Part shown: positions 45,045-53,539 of the stretch, in pieces
How the letters are laid out: every line of letters starts with the position of its first letter
Numbering within the stretch: position 1 is the stretch's first letter
Assembly: GCA_020628165.1 (NCBI GenBank)
Contig: JAHDFM010000008.1
Span: 2,247 to 66,246, forward strand
Source of the DNA: Bdellovibrionales bacterium
Lineage (GTDB): Bacteria; Bdellovibrionota; Bdellovibrionia; Bdellovibrionales; UBA1609
Direction: 5' to 3'
DNA: 64,000 nucleotides
The notes under the pieces: model-generated
The model's input: the letters and a program-made list of their open reading frames with translations, nothing else
The model's database searches: none
What the model was told of the DNA's origin: nothing
Position numbers and translations under genes: made by a program

Positions 45045-45191
45045 GGTGGTCCGCACTTTTCTGCGAAACGCTGCATTAAGGTGGTCCGCACCTTTTTGCG
45101 AAACGTTGCATTAAGTGATTGAACTTAGGAAGCGGTAAGATGTTGTTAATGAGTTTTTGATGCAGAGTTTCGCAAAAAAGTGCGGACCACC
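45045..45191. repeat. 35-bp unit present as two tandem direct copies plus one inverted copy
   Basis: GGTGGTCCGCACTTTTCTGCGAAACGCTGCATTAA (45045-45079) and GGTGGTCCGCACCTTTTTGCGAAACGTTGCATTAA (45080-45114). An inverted copy at 45157-45191 has the reverse complement GGTGGTCCGCACTTTTTTGCGAAACTCTGCATCAA. An A-run lies upstream and TTTT downstream. Confidence 0.85.
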
Positions 45192-45439
45192 TTTTGGGGA
45201 GGGATTGGTTTTTTGTTTGTTGGTGTTATTTTTCTATTAAAATCAATGGTTTATGAGAGTTTGTTGTGAATTTGGTTAATGTTGTAGTTGCTTGATTGTT
45301 TTCTTGACCCGGTTGGTTAAATGAGGGTAAATAGTTGAAATCATTTATTCTCATATATTTATGAGAGCTAAAAGCTCGGCTTATCCGATTCGTGCCAGAC
45401 GGTTTGCTGGGTGAACCTTTACACCTTTTGGAGGTAACT

Positions 45440-45709
45440 ATGGCATTATTAAAAGAAGAAAAAGAAGCAATTATTAACAAATTTAAAAGAGCAGAACTTG
45501 ATACGGGAAGTTCAGAAGTTCAGATTGCGCTTTTAACCGTAAGAATCAAACAACTCACAGAGCACTTTAAAGTGAATAAAAAAGATCACCACAGTCGTCG
45601 TGGCTTGATCCGTCTTGTGAACCGTCGACGTAAACTTCTTGATTACCTCAAGAAGAATGACACCCAAAAGTACAGCAGCGTGATTCAAGAATTAGGCATT
45701 AGAAAGTAA
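45440..45709 (+). CDS. rpsO: 30S ribosomal protein S15
   Basis: Start at ATG 45440 after a [25 protein letters not shown]...[31 protein letters not shown] is canonical S15. Confidence 0.97.
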   Translation: MALLKEEKEAIINKFKRAELDTGSSEVQIALLTVRIKQLTEHFKVNKKDHHSRRGLIRLVNRRRKLLDYLKKNDTQKYSSVIQELGIRK

Positions 45710-45734
45710 TCGTCATCACCATTTTGGAGACAAC

Positions 45735-47843
45735 ATGAAACAAACAGTAAATTTTGAATTGGGTGGCCAAGAAGTCACCCTTGAAACAGGTCGTATTGCA
45801 AGACAAGCTGACGGCTCTGTCTTAGTTAGTTGTGGTAATAACATCGTACTTGTAACTGCTGTTACAAGTAAGAATGAGGGCACCGCTGATTTTTTTCCCC
45901 TCACTGTTGAATTCAGTGAAAAGTTTTATGCCACAGGAAGAATCCCAGGTGGATACTTTAAAAGAGAAGGTCGTCCAGGCGCAGAAGCTATTCTCAACTG
46001 CCGTTTGATCGACAGACCCATTCGCCCTACATTCCCAGAAGGTTATAACAGAGAAACTCAAATCGTTGCTACAGTATTAAGTTACGATGGAAAGTACTCG
46101 GCCAACAGTTTGGCGAGCATTGGAGCGAGCACAGCTCTTCATATTAGCCAAGCTCCTTTTGGCGGGCCAACAGCTGCATTGCAGGTAGCTGAAGTGGATG
46201 GCAAGCTCTGCATCAACCCAAGTTACGAAGATCTTTGTCGTGCTGATTTAGCTCTATTTATGGCGGGCACACGCAAAGGCATTTTGATGGTTGAAGGAGA
46301 AGCTAAGTTCAAAACAGAAGCTGAAATTCTTGAAGCCGTTTCGTTTGGACATAAAGCAATGGCTCCGATCTTCGACGCTCAAGATGAGTTGCGTGAAAAA
46401 ACCGGCAACAAACCTAAGCTTGAGTTCACTGCTGAGCAAATTGACCCTGACTTTACAAAAGTTGTCAGTGACTTTGTTCAAAGTAAAGTGGCAGCTGCTT
46501 TAACTATTAAAGATAAGTTAGAAAGATACTCAACATTAGATGCTATTAAAACAGAAGCTAAAGAAGCTCTTCTCGAAACTGTCGAAGACAGCATGAAAGA
46601 TCAAAGGTCTGGAGAGGTTTCCAAAATCTTTGGCGACATTAAATACAACACAGCTAGAGCTATGATCCTTAAAGAAGGCAAGCGCATCGATGGTCGTGAT
46701 ACCACAACTGTGCGTCCGATCACCAACGAAGTGGCCTTACTGCCAAGAGCTCACGGCTCTGCCTTGTTCACACGTGGTGAAACACAAGTTTTAGGCACAG
46801 TGACCTTGGGAACTCCTGACGATGTTCAACACATTGATGCTTTAGATGGTCATCTTAAAAAAGACTTTATGCTCCACTATAACTTTCCACCATATTGTGT
46901 TGGTGAGACGGGTCGTATGGGAGGAACTTCTCGACGTGAAACTGGACACGGTTTCTTGGCTGAAAAGGCTCTGCATGCAGTGATTCCAGAGCAAGAGAAG
47001 TTTCCATATGTATTAAGAATAGTTGGTGAAGTGATGGAGTCCAATGGCTCAAGTTCTATGGGAACAGTTTGTGCCGGAACAATGGCATTACTTGATGCGG
47101 GCGTTCCGATCAAAGGAAACGTTTCAGGTATTGCCATGGGCTTGATCAAAGAAGGCGACGATGTTGCCATTCTTACAGATATCTTAGGAGATGAAGACCA
47201 CTTAGGTGATATGGACTTTAAAGTGGCTGGTACTCGTGAAGGGATCACAGCTTTTCAAATGGACATTAAAATTGATAGCATCAGTTTTGACATTTTTGAA
47301 AAAGCCTTATCGCAAGCAAAGACGGGTCGTAATCACATATTAGATGAAATGGAAAAAGTGATTTCAACTCCTCGCGGTCAGGTGTCTCAGTACGCTCCGC
47401 GCATTGAAAAGATCAAGGTGAAGCCAGAAAAGGTCAGAGAAGTGATCGGTGCTGGTGGAAAAACTATCAAAGGCATCGTCGAAGAGACGGGCGTCAAAAT
47501 TAACATTGAGGACGATGGAACCATTCAAATATCAGCGACAGACCCTGAGCAATCTGCTAAGGCGATCAAGATGATTGAAGACATTGTTGCAGAGCCAGAA
47601 GTGGGTCAAACTTACAACGGTAAGGTTGTTAAAGTGACTGACTTTGGTGCTTTCGTAGAAATTCTACCGAACACTTCAGGATTGTTACACATTTCAGAAC
47701 TAGCTCACGAGAGAGTTCGCAATGTGACTGACGTGGTGAATGAAGGCGATATGGTCGATGTTAAGGTTCTCGATGTTGACCGCGCTGGTCGCATGAAATT
47801 AAGCCGCAAAGCTTTATTACCTAAAGAAACTGCAGACGCTTAA
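45735..47843 (+). CDS. pnp: Polyribonucleotide nucleotidyltransferase (PNPase)
   Basis: Two RNase PH domains, a KH domain and an S1 domain (GQTYNGKVVKVTDFGAFVEILPNTSGLLHISELAHERV). 702 aa, directly after rpsO. Confidence 0.98.
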   Translation: MKQTVNFELGGQEVTLETGRIARQADGSVLVSCGNNIVLVTAVTSKNEGTADFFPLTVEFSEKFYATGRIPGGYFKREGRPGAEAILNCRLIDRPIRPTFPEGYNRETQIVATVLSYDGKYSANSLASIGASTALHISQAPFGGPTAALQVAEVDGKLCINPSYEDLCRADLALFMAGTRKGILMVEGEAKFKTEAEILEAVSFGHKAMAPIFDAQDELREKTGNKPKLEFTAEQIDPDFTKVVSDFVQSKVAAALTIKDKLERYSTLDAIKTEAKEALLETVEDSMKDQRSGEVSKIFGDIKYNTARAMILKEGKRIDGRDTTTVRPITNEVALLPRAHGSALFTRGETQVLGTVTLGTPDDVQHIDALDGHLKKDFMLHYNFPPYCVGETGRMGGTSRRETGHGFLAEKALHAVIPEQEKFPYVLRIVGEVMESNGSSSMGTVCAGTMALLDAGVPIKGNVSGIAMGLIKEGDDVAILTDILGDEDHLGDMDFKVAGTREGITAFQMDIKIDSISFDIFEKALSQAKTGRNHILDEMEKVISTPRGQVSQYAPRIEKIKVKPEKVREVIGAGGKTIKGIVEETGVKINIEDDGTIQISATDPEQSAKAIKMIEDIVAEPEVGQTYNGKVVKVTDFGAFVEILPNTSGLLHISELAHERVRNVTDVVNEGDMVDVKVLDVDRAGRMKLSRKALLPKETADA

Positions 47844-47848
47844 TTTAA

Positions 47849-49135
47849 ATGTCAAAAGCATTTGAATACGAGCCAAAATTTAATAAAACAGTTTTATCGA
47901 ACGGCACAAGGGTGGTGACTGAACACCACCCTTATTCCAGAGCCACGAGTGTTGGTCTCTATGTTGATCTTGGGTCGCGTGACGAGCCGGCCCACCTCAA
48001 CGGAGCTGCACACTTTATTGAACACCTCGCCTTTAAAGGCACAAACAAACGTTCAGCTTACGAAATTGTCAAAGAAATAGAAGCTGTGGGCGGAGATTTA
48101 AACGCCTATACTGCCAGAGAATATACCTGCTTTCACGCTTGCACTTTAAAAGAACATGTTGGCTTGTCTATGGATGTATTGTCAGATCTAGTTTCCGATG
48201 CTTTATTCTTAGATGAAGAGTTTCAAAAAGAACGGCAAGTGATCATGCAAGAGATTTTAATGTCTGCTGATGAACTTGAAGAGTATATTTTTGACCTCTA
48301 TTTTGAAAAGGCCTATCCTGGCAATAGTCTCAGCAACCCTATCTTAGGTACCGAAGCCAGTTTAAACTCAATTTCTAGAGATGATTTGTTTCAGTTTTAT
48401 AAAAACCGCTATAAGGCAGAGCATTTGGTTGTGAGTGTGGCAGGCGCTGTCGATCACGAACAGGTGGTCAAGCTTGCCGAGCAAAACTTACTTTTCAATA
48501 GTGAACAAAAAATCATGGAGAATAGAACGTCTCCAGATATGGATGTGTTTCAACAGTACTATAAAAAAGATACAGAGCAGGTTCATTACTTGCTAGGGCT
48601 CCCGAGCTCATCTTTTAAAAGCAAAAATCGCTTTGATTCATATATTGTAAACGCATTCTTGGGCGGAGGAATGACCTCTCAGCTCTACCAAAAAATTCGA
48701 GAAGAAAAAGCACTGGCATACTCAGTTTACAGTTATCTGCAGTCGTTTACGGACTCTGGTTTGATGATGTTTTATGTGGGAACTTCTGAAGAACACATTG
48801 CTGAAGTTTCAGAAATGGTTTTACAGGAAATTAAGTTGATTCAAAAAACGGGCATTTCAGCGGATCAGTTAGATTTTTACAAACGACAGGTCAAAGGCCA
48901 AATCATGTTGGGTGCTGATGATGTTGAAAATAGAATGAATTCACTGGCAGTGAATGAAATGGTGTTTGGCGAGTATCGCCCTGTTGATTTTGTAGTGAAT
49001 GAGATCGAGAAAGTCACTGCTCAGTCCGTACAAGAGTTTATCGAAGGACATTTTGATTTTTCAAAAGCAGGCTGTTTACTGCTGGGCAAATGTGAGCCGA
49101 GCCTACAAGAGCAGGTTTTTTCTAAAGTTCGTTAA
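47849..49135 (+). CDS. M16-family zinc peptidase (insulinase/pitrilysin-like)
   Basis: Inverted zinc motif HFIEHLAFKGT (HxxEH). 428 aa. Confidence 0.9.
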   Translation: MSKAFEYEPKFNKTVLSNGTRVVTEHHPYSRATSVGLYVDLGSRDEPAHLNGAAHFIEHLAFKGTNKRSAYEIVKEIEAVGGDLNAYTAREYTCFHACTLKEHVGLSMDVLSDLVSDALFLDEEFQKERQVIMQEILMSADELEEYIFDLYFEKAYPGNSLSNPILGTEASLNSISRDDLFQFYKNRYKAEHLVVSVAGAVDHEQVVKLAEQNLLFNSEQKIMENRTSPDMDVFQQYYKKDTEQVHYLLGLPSSSFKSKNRFDSYIVNAFLGGGMTSQLYQKIREEKALAYSVYSYLQSFTDSGLMMFYVGTSEEHIAEVSEMVLQEIKLIQKTGISADQLDFYKRQVKGQIMLGADDVENRMNSLAVNEMVFGEYRPVDFVVNEIEKVTAQSVQEFIEGHFDFSKAGCLLLGKCEPSLQEQVFSKVR

Positions 49136-49141
49136 GCTATT

Positions 49142-49528
49142 ATGAAATTTATTAAATGTATACTTTTTGTACTCCTTTTATCTGCTTGCCAAAGTGAAAA
49201 GAAAAAAGAAGAAACTCCGTCGCTTTATTCTGAAGTGGATATAGTCATTGAAGCGCACAAGAGTGAGCTTTACGGCTGTTACAAAAAATATCTTTTGAGG
49301 AATCAACAGCCAAAAAATGGTCAGTTAGGCATTCAGTGGAAGGTGTACGGAGCTAAAGCTCGAGATGTGTATGTGACCAAGAGCTTTTCGTCAGACATTG
49401 AACCTTGTCTGGAACGACAAATTAGAAAAATGAACTTTGTCGACTTACATTTGGGTGAGAGAATTCGAATCTTTAGATATCAATTTTCTTTTGAAGATGG
49501 CCGTTTTACTTACCAACACAACAATTAA
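49142..49528 (+). CDS. Small lipoprotein (AgmX/PglI C-terminal-like domain?)
   Basis: Lipobox LLLSAC. The LYGCYKKYLLRNQQPKNGQLGIQWKV...CLERQIRKMNF pattern resembles the Cys-paired TonB_C-like domain common in Myxococcota and Bdellovibrionota. This is from recollection only. Confidence 0.65.
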   Translation: MKFIKCILFVLLLSACQSEKKKEETPSLYSEVDIVIEAHKSELYGCYKKYLLRNQQPKNGQLGIQWKVYGAKARDVYVTKSFSSDIEPCLERQIRKMNFVDLHLGERIRIFRYQFSFEDGRFTYQHNN

Positions 49529-50020
49529 TTAGATATTAGACGTTGCTTCTGATTCATCTTATTTATTAGAAGTTTATCTCTATTTATTCTCTGCTGTGAG
49601 TTCAAATCAGAATTTACGAAGTGGCCATACAGCGGACTTGATTTCTAATATTTAACTTATTTTAAGCACAAGACAGTTAAGTCTTATAACTCAACTGTCA
49701 CTATAATTAACAATTCCAAGCAAGTCTGAATAAATATGTCCAGTTTTGAGACGTTCATTTAGTTGACGATGTTTAGCTCCTGGACAGATGTATAAGCCAG
49801 ATGAGGCTGTTTAAACAAAATAAGTTGGTACAAACTTTGAACACTATATTCCCAATACAAAGGGGAAGGGGAGTTTTAGTTAAAACTTTAGTCTTATAAG
49901 ATAACCATTCAAACGTCTTGAAAGTTATCTATATTATTAAATTAATTTATTTTAACTAAAAACAAACCGAAAAAGTAAAAGTTAAAAGAAAAGAACTAAA
50001 ACTCTTGTGGAGGGAGTGAC

Positions 50021-53000
50021 ATGTCTAATAAGTTTCAAAACAGCGCAGCATTGCCAATTATATTAATAGCCTTAGGGTGCCTTGGCTTAGCCATAGGTTT
50101 TACAAACTGTGGAAAGTTTGAAGCCAACTCTAGCTTAGAGCAAAGCTTTTTAGATTCACTCGGTCTTAACAAAGTTTCAAACCATGTCGTTACAACTTAT
50201 GTTGATGCCGACGGGACTTCTCGAGAAAGACAGATCCCATACACAGTCGTCGATGGGCGTGTTTTATTAAATGGTGAAGAGGACATTGGTTCTATTTATG
50301 AAATTCAGCCAGGCAGTTATATTAAAACTCCACAAATTGAATCGAGTTCAAGAATGGCGGCACTTAATTTACAACGTAAGCTCAAAATTCAAAGTTCTGG
50401 AAATGTTAGCCAAGCCGTTTTAAAAGATCAAGAGGCTCAATCAAGTATTATAACTCATCAAGGTAAGAGATTGCTAGCTTATGTTTGGCGTGGTGGTTCA
50501 CGTGTGAGTGGTAATGCAACTTTACTTCGTGCTAATAACGAATTGAGAGCTCGTATTCAAAGAGAGATTGATGAAATCAACCAAACCATGAAAGACAACA
50601 ATATCAACTTTCAATTGGCTCAGTCTGGAAATAATAGAAACAACCCATCTGCTAATAGGAAAGTCCTTATTTTATCTGAGTTAAGAAGTGACAAGTTTGA
50701 AATATATTGGACGCGCGAACCACATGGTGGCCAACCCTATCACAACAATCCTGATATTGCCTTTCGTAATGATGTCAGTGACCAAAGCATTGCACATTTT
50801 TTAAGACGCAAAGTGATGATTGAGTTGGGTTTTGTAGAGCCATTACAGACAAATTCAAAAAATAATTTATTCAACATACGCAGACACAATATGAGCGCTG
50901 AAGGGCAACAGTATATTGATAGAAATAATTTTGATCCCGGTAGTGATGTACACTTCTTAAGCGCAGACACTGTGATGAACAGACACAGCTGTCTACATTC
51001 TAGATTTAACGATTGTAAAGTGGCTACATCAGATGTTTCTGAGTTGTCCTATACAGTTAAAGACGGAGATAAAAAAATCTTTAACAAACAAACATTTAGT
51101 TCTTCAGATCTTCGTTCTATTGGTTCCGTTTATGGTGTGACTAATGATAATGGTGAGGCTGTTGATATTATTGCAGCATTGACGGGAATCCATGTTGATA
51201 GAAACGGAAATTTAAGAGCGGTTGGATATGCCTGTAAGCCATTCAGTAATGAAACTGTTCAAGTCAGAATTGGTAGGAGCACCAACGGTGATAGATTGGG
51301 CAATGTCAGTGATTCAGTGTTTAATGCTGATCAAAGTTTCATTCCTAGTGATGAGATTCCAGATATTTGTACTGATACTAACGGAAATAAGAAAACTAAT
51401 GTTGCGTTTAGTATCAGCGCAACGATCACTGCTTTAGGCTTGGATGAGAATAATAGACCTTATGATTATGGTATTTTTTCAGCGGCAATCGATAAAGGAA
51501 GTCTTGGTGCTGCAAACCATAGACGTATGGGGGGACGTATCCTTTATAGTGATACAAACAGGCCTGCTCAGTTTTTAAACGGATTTTACCATATAGGTAC
51601 AGACACTTATGCTAAATATGTTTGGCAAATTTCATGGGGTGGAGCTCGTAAAGCTTGTGTGTTAAACTCTGCAGAGTTTAATATGAACACAGGCACTAAT
51701 AATCAAGTTAGAAGATTAGACGGTACCTTAGAGTCAAACAGAATCCAATCAATTGGTAACTGTCAAAGATACATCGTTCAGAGACTCTTTGATACTGGCT
51801 TAAGCAATGACAACTCAAATCCATCGCAACAAGATGATAACAACGAAAGCGGACAAGAAATATTTGAATTCAACGATAGTCATATTGGCAAACACTTTGC
51901 TATGCACTCGACTGTTGCACCAGGCTTTTCAGGCGACCACTTTAGGTACTTAGGTGACAATAACTTTTGTCAGGTGCCTTCAAATGAGTATAGTGCCAGC
52001 AACACAATCACTTTAACAGCAGATAACTATTCACAAAACCATGAGCAGTTTTTTGCAGGATCTCCGAGCTGTAACAATGTTAATGACAGCGGTCAGCCAA
52101 CTCAAGACAATAACTCTGACAACTACAGTGGTTTATTGGCTGACCTTGGCCTGAACGGATCAAGTCGTTATCAAATCGCATTGCGTGATAACAATGACCC
52201 CAACAGATTCCAAGGGCAAGTGTTTCAGTGGATTCGTGGTGAAGGTGTGTGTCGCCCATCTGTGATCACAGATGTTAAAAAGGCGAGTCGTGATCAGTTA
52301 AACATCTTTTTCAGAAACTTTTCGATCAATCCAGACCAGACTCATTTAATTGAAAGGTGTGATGCTGGAAATAATAACGATAATAACAATAATGATGACA
52401 ATAACAATAACGACGATAACAACAACGATGACAGTGCCGACAGCAATGAGGTTCAAGCACCAAGAAACCTTAGAATTGCAAGTTCGACGAATTCATCGCT
52501 AACTTTGTCATGGGATGCTGTGAGTAATGCCTTAGGTTACAATGTTTATAAAAACGGCAATTACATTGATACAGTTCTCAATGTTACAACTTATCAAGAT
52601 AATGGTTTAGCCAGTGGCTCTTCACAATCTTACTATTTAGTTGCTTTCGGTGACCCAAATCAAGGTAACGACAGATACTCGCCAAAGTCAGATGAAGTGA
52701 CTGGCCGAGTTGGTAATGGTAACAACGATAACAATAATGATGATAACAACAACAATGACGACGACGATAATAACAACGATGATAGCTCAAACAACGGTCG
52801 CATTCAGCCACCACAAAATGTGAGAGTTGCTAATACGACCAACTCGTCAGTGAGAATCGCTTGGGATGCAGTCAGTCGCGCTTTAGGCTACAACATCTAC
52901 AGAGATGGCAATTACATTAAAACAGTGTTGAACACGACGTCTTTTGAGGACACAGGTCGTTCTTCTGGAGCAACTCACAGGTACAGCATTGTTTCTTTCA

Positions 53001-53392
53001 CTGATCCTAATTCAGGTGATCAGCAGTACTCATCACAGTCACAAGAAGTGTCAGCAACTGTTGGTGGAAGCTCTGGTGGTAGTAACACAGACAATGACGA
53101 TGATAGCAGTTCTAATGGAACTGTGGGAACACCACAAAACGTTCGCTTCACAGCCCGCAGTGGCTCAGCAATGACATTCACTTGGGATGCTGTTGATCAA
53201 GCAACTGGTTACAACGTTTATAAAAATGGCAACTACTTTAAAACCATTAAGGAAGTTGGTTACACGGACACTGAAGTGTCTGCTGGCCAAGAGTACTCTT
53301 ACTATGTGGTTGCGTTTGGAAAGCCAAATGGTGATGATGCTGAGACTGTGTATTCGTCAAAATCTGATGAGATCACAGGTAAGGCTGAATAA
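50021..53392 (+). CDS. Giant secreted/lipoprotein: about 780-aa unknown N-terminal region + three FN3 modules separated by Asn/Asp-rich linkers
   Basis: Signal and lipobox ...IGFTNCG. There are three about 88-aa repeats (starts about 52451, 52802 and 53122), each with P(R/Q)N(L/V)R...WDAV..A(L/T)GYN(V/I)Y(K/R)(N/D)GNY. The linkers are NNNDNNNNDDNNNNDDNNNDD-type. Confidence 0.85.
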   Translation: MSNKFQNSAALPIILIALGCLGLAIGFTNCGKFEANSSLEQSFLDSLGLNKVSNHVVTTYVDADGTSRERQIPYTVVDGRVLLNGEEDIGSIYEIQPGSYIKTPQIESSSRMAALNLQRKLKIQSSGNVSQAVLKDQEAQSSIITHQGKRLLAYVWRGGSRVSGNATLLRANNELRARIQREIDEINQTMKDNNINFQLAQSGNNRNNPSANRKVLILSELRSDKFEIYWTREPHGGQPYHNNPDIAFRNDVSDQSIAHFLRRKVMIELGFVEPLQTNSKNNLFNIRRHNMSAEGQQYIDRNNFDPGSDVHFLSADTVMNRHSCLHSRFNDCKVATSDVSELSYTVKDGDKKIFNKQTFSSSDLRSIGSVYGVTNDNGEAVDIIAALTGIHVDRNGNLRAVGYACKPFSNETVQVRIGRSTNGDRLGNVSDSVFNADQSFIPSDEIPDICTDTNGNKKTNVAFSISATITALGLDENNRPYDYGIFSAAIDKGSLGAANHRRMGGRILYSDTNRPAQFLNGFYHIGTDTYAKYVWQISWGGARKACVLNSAEFNMNTGTNNQVRRLDGTLESNRIQSIGNCQRYIVQRLFDTGLSNDNSNPSQQDDNNESGQEIFEFNDSHIGKHFAMHSTVAPGFSGDHFRYLGDNNFCQVPSNEYSASNTITLTADNYSQNHEQFFAGSPSCNNVNDSGQPTQDNNSDNYSGLLADLGLNGSSRYQIALRDNNDPNRFQGQVFQWIRGEGVCRPSVITDVKKASRDQLNIFFRNFSINPDQTHLIERCDAGNNNDNNNNDDNNNNDDNNNDDSADSNEVQAPRNLRIASSTNSSLTLSWDAVSNALGYNVYKNGNYIDTVLNVTTYQDNGLASGSSQSYYLVAFGDPNQGNDRYSPKSDEVTGRVGNGNNDNNNDDNNNNDDDDNNNDDSSNNGRIQPPQNVRVANTTNSSVRIAWDAVSRALGYNIYRDGNYIKTVLNTTSFEDTGRSSGATHRYSIVSFTDPNSGDQQYSSQSQEVSATVGGSSGGSNTDNDDDSSSNGTVGTPQNVRFTARSGSAMTFTWDAVDQATGYNVYKNGNYFKTIKEVGYTDTEVSAGQEYSYYVVAFGKPNGDDAETVYSSKSDEITGKAE

Positions 53393-53539
53393 TATAAAGA
53401 AATGAAGAAAAGAACCATGGCTTTGGTCGTGGTTCTTACTGTAAAGCCTTAAGATCTTCATAGTTAAATTTACCAAGACTCCCTACTTTGAGATAATGCT
53501 AGAGCTTAATGCTTTTAAAGAATCAAAAGAGGGTCCGTT

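Noticed and set aside
45045-45191. CRISPR array (short direct repeats).
   Set aside because: There are only two direct copies with no spacer between them, plus an inverted copy. No cas genes are present, and there is no repeat-spacer periodicity anywhere in the window.
45304-45332. Possible rpsO promoter TTGACC-17 nt-GTAAAT.
   Set aside because: The -35 box is good but the -10 box is poor. There is not enough support to list it as a feature.
50021-52360. Looked for a metalloprotease (HExxH/astacin) or other catalytic motif in the N-terminal 780 aa of the giant protein.
   Set aside because: No HExxH is present. The segment ...AHFLRRKVMIELGFVEP... only loosely mimics a metzincin helix, with all zinc ligands replaced. 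That is too weak to call.
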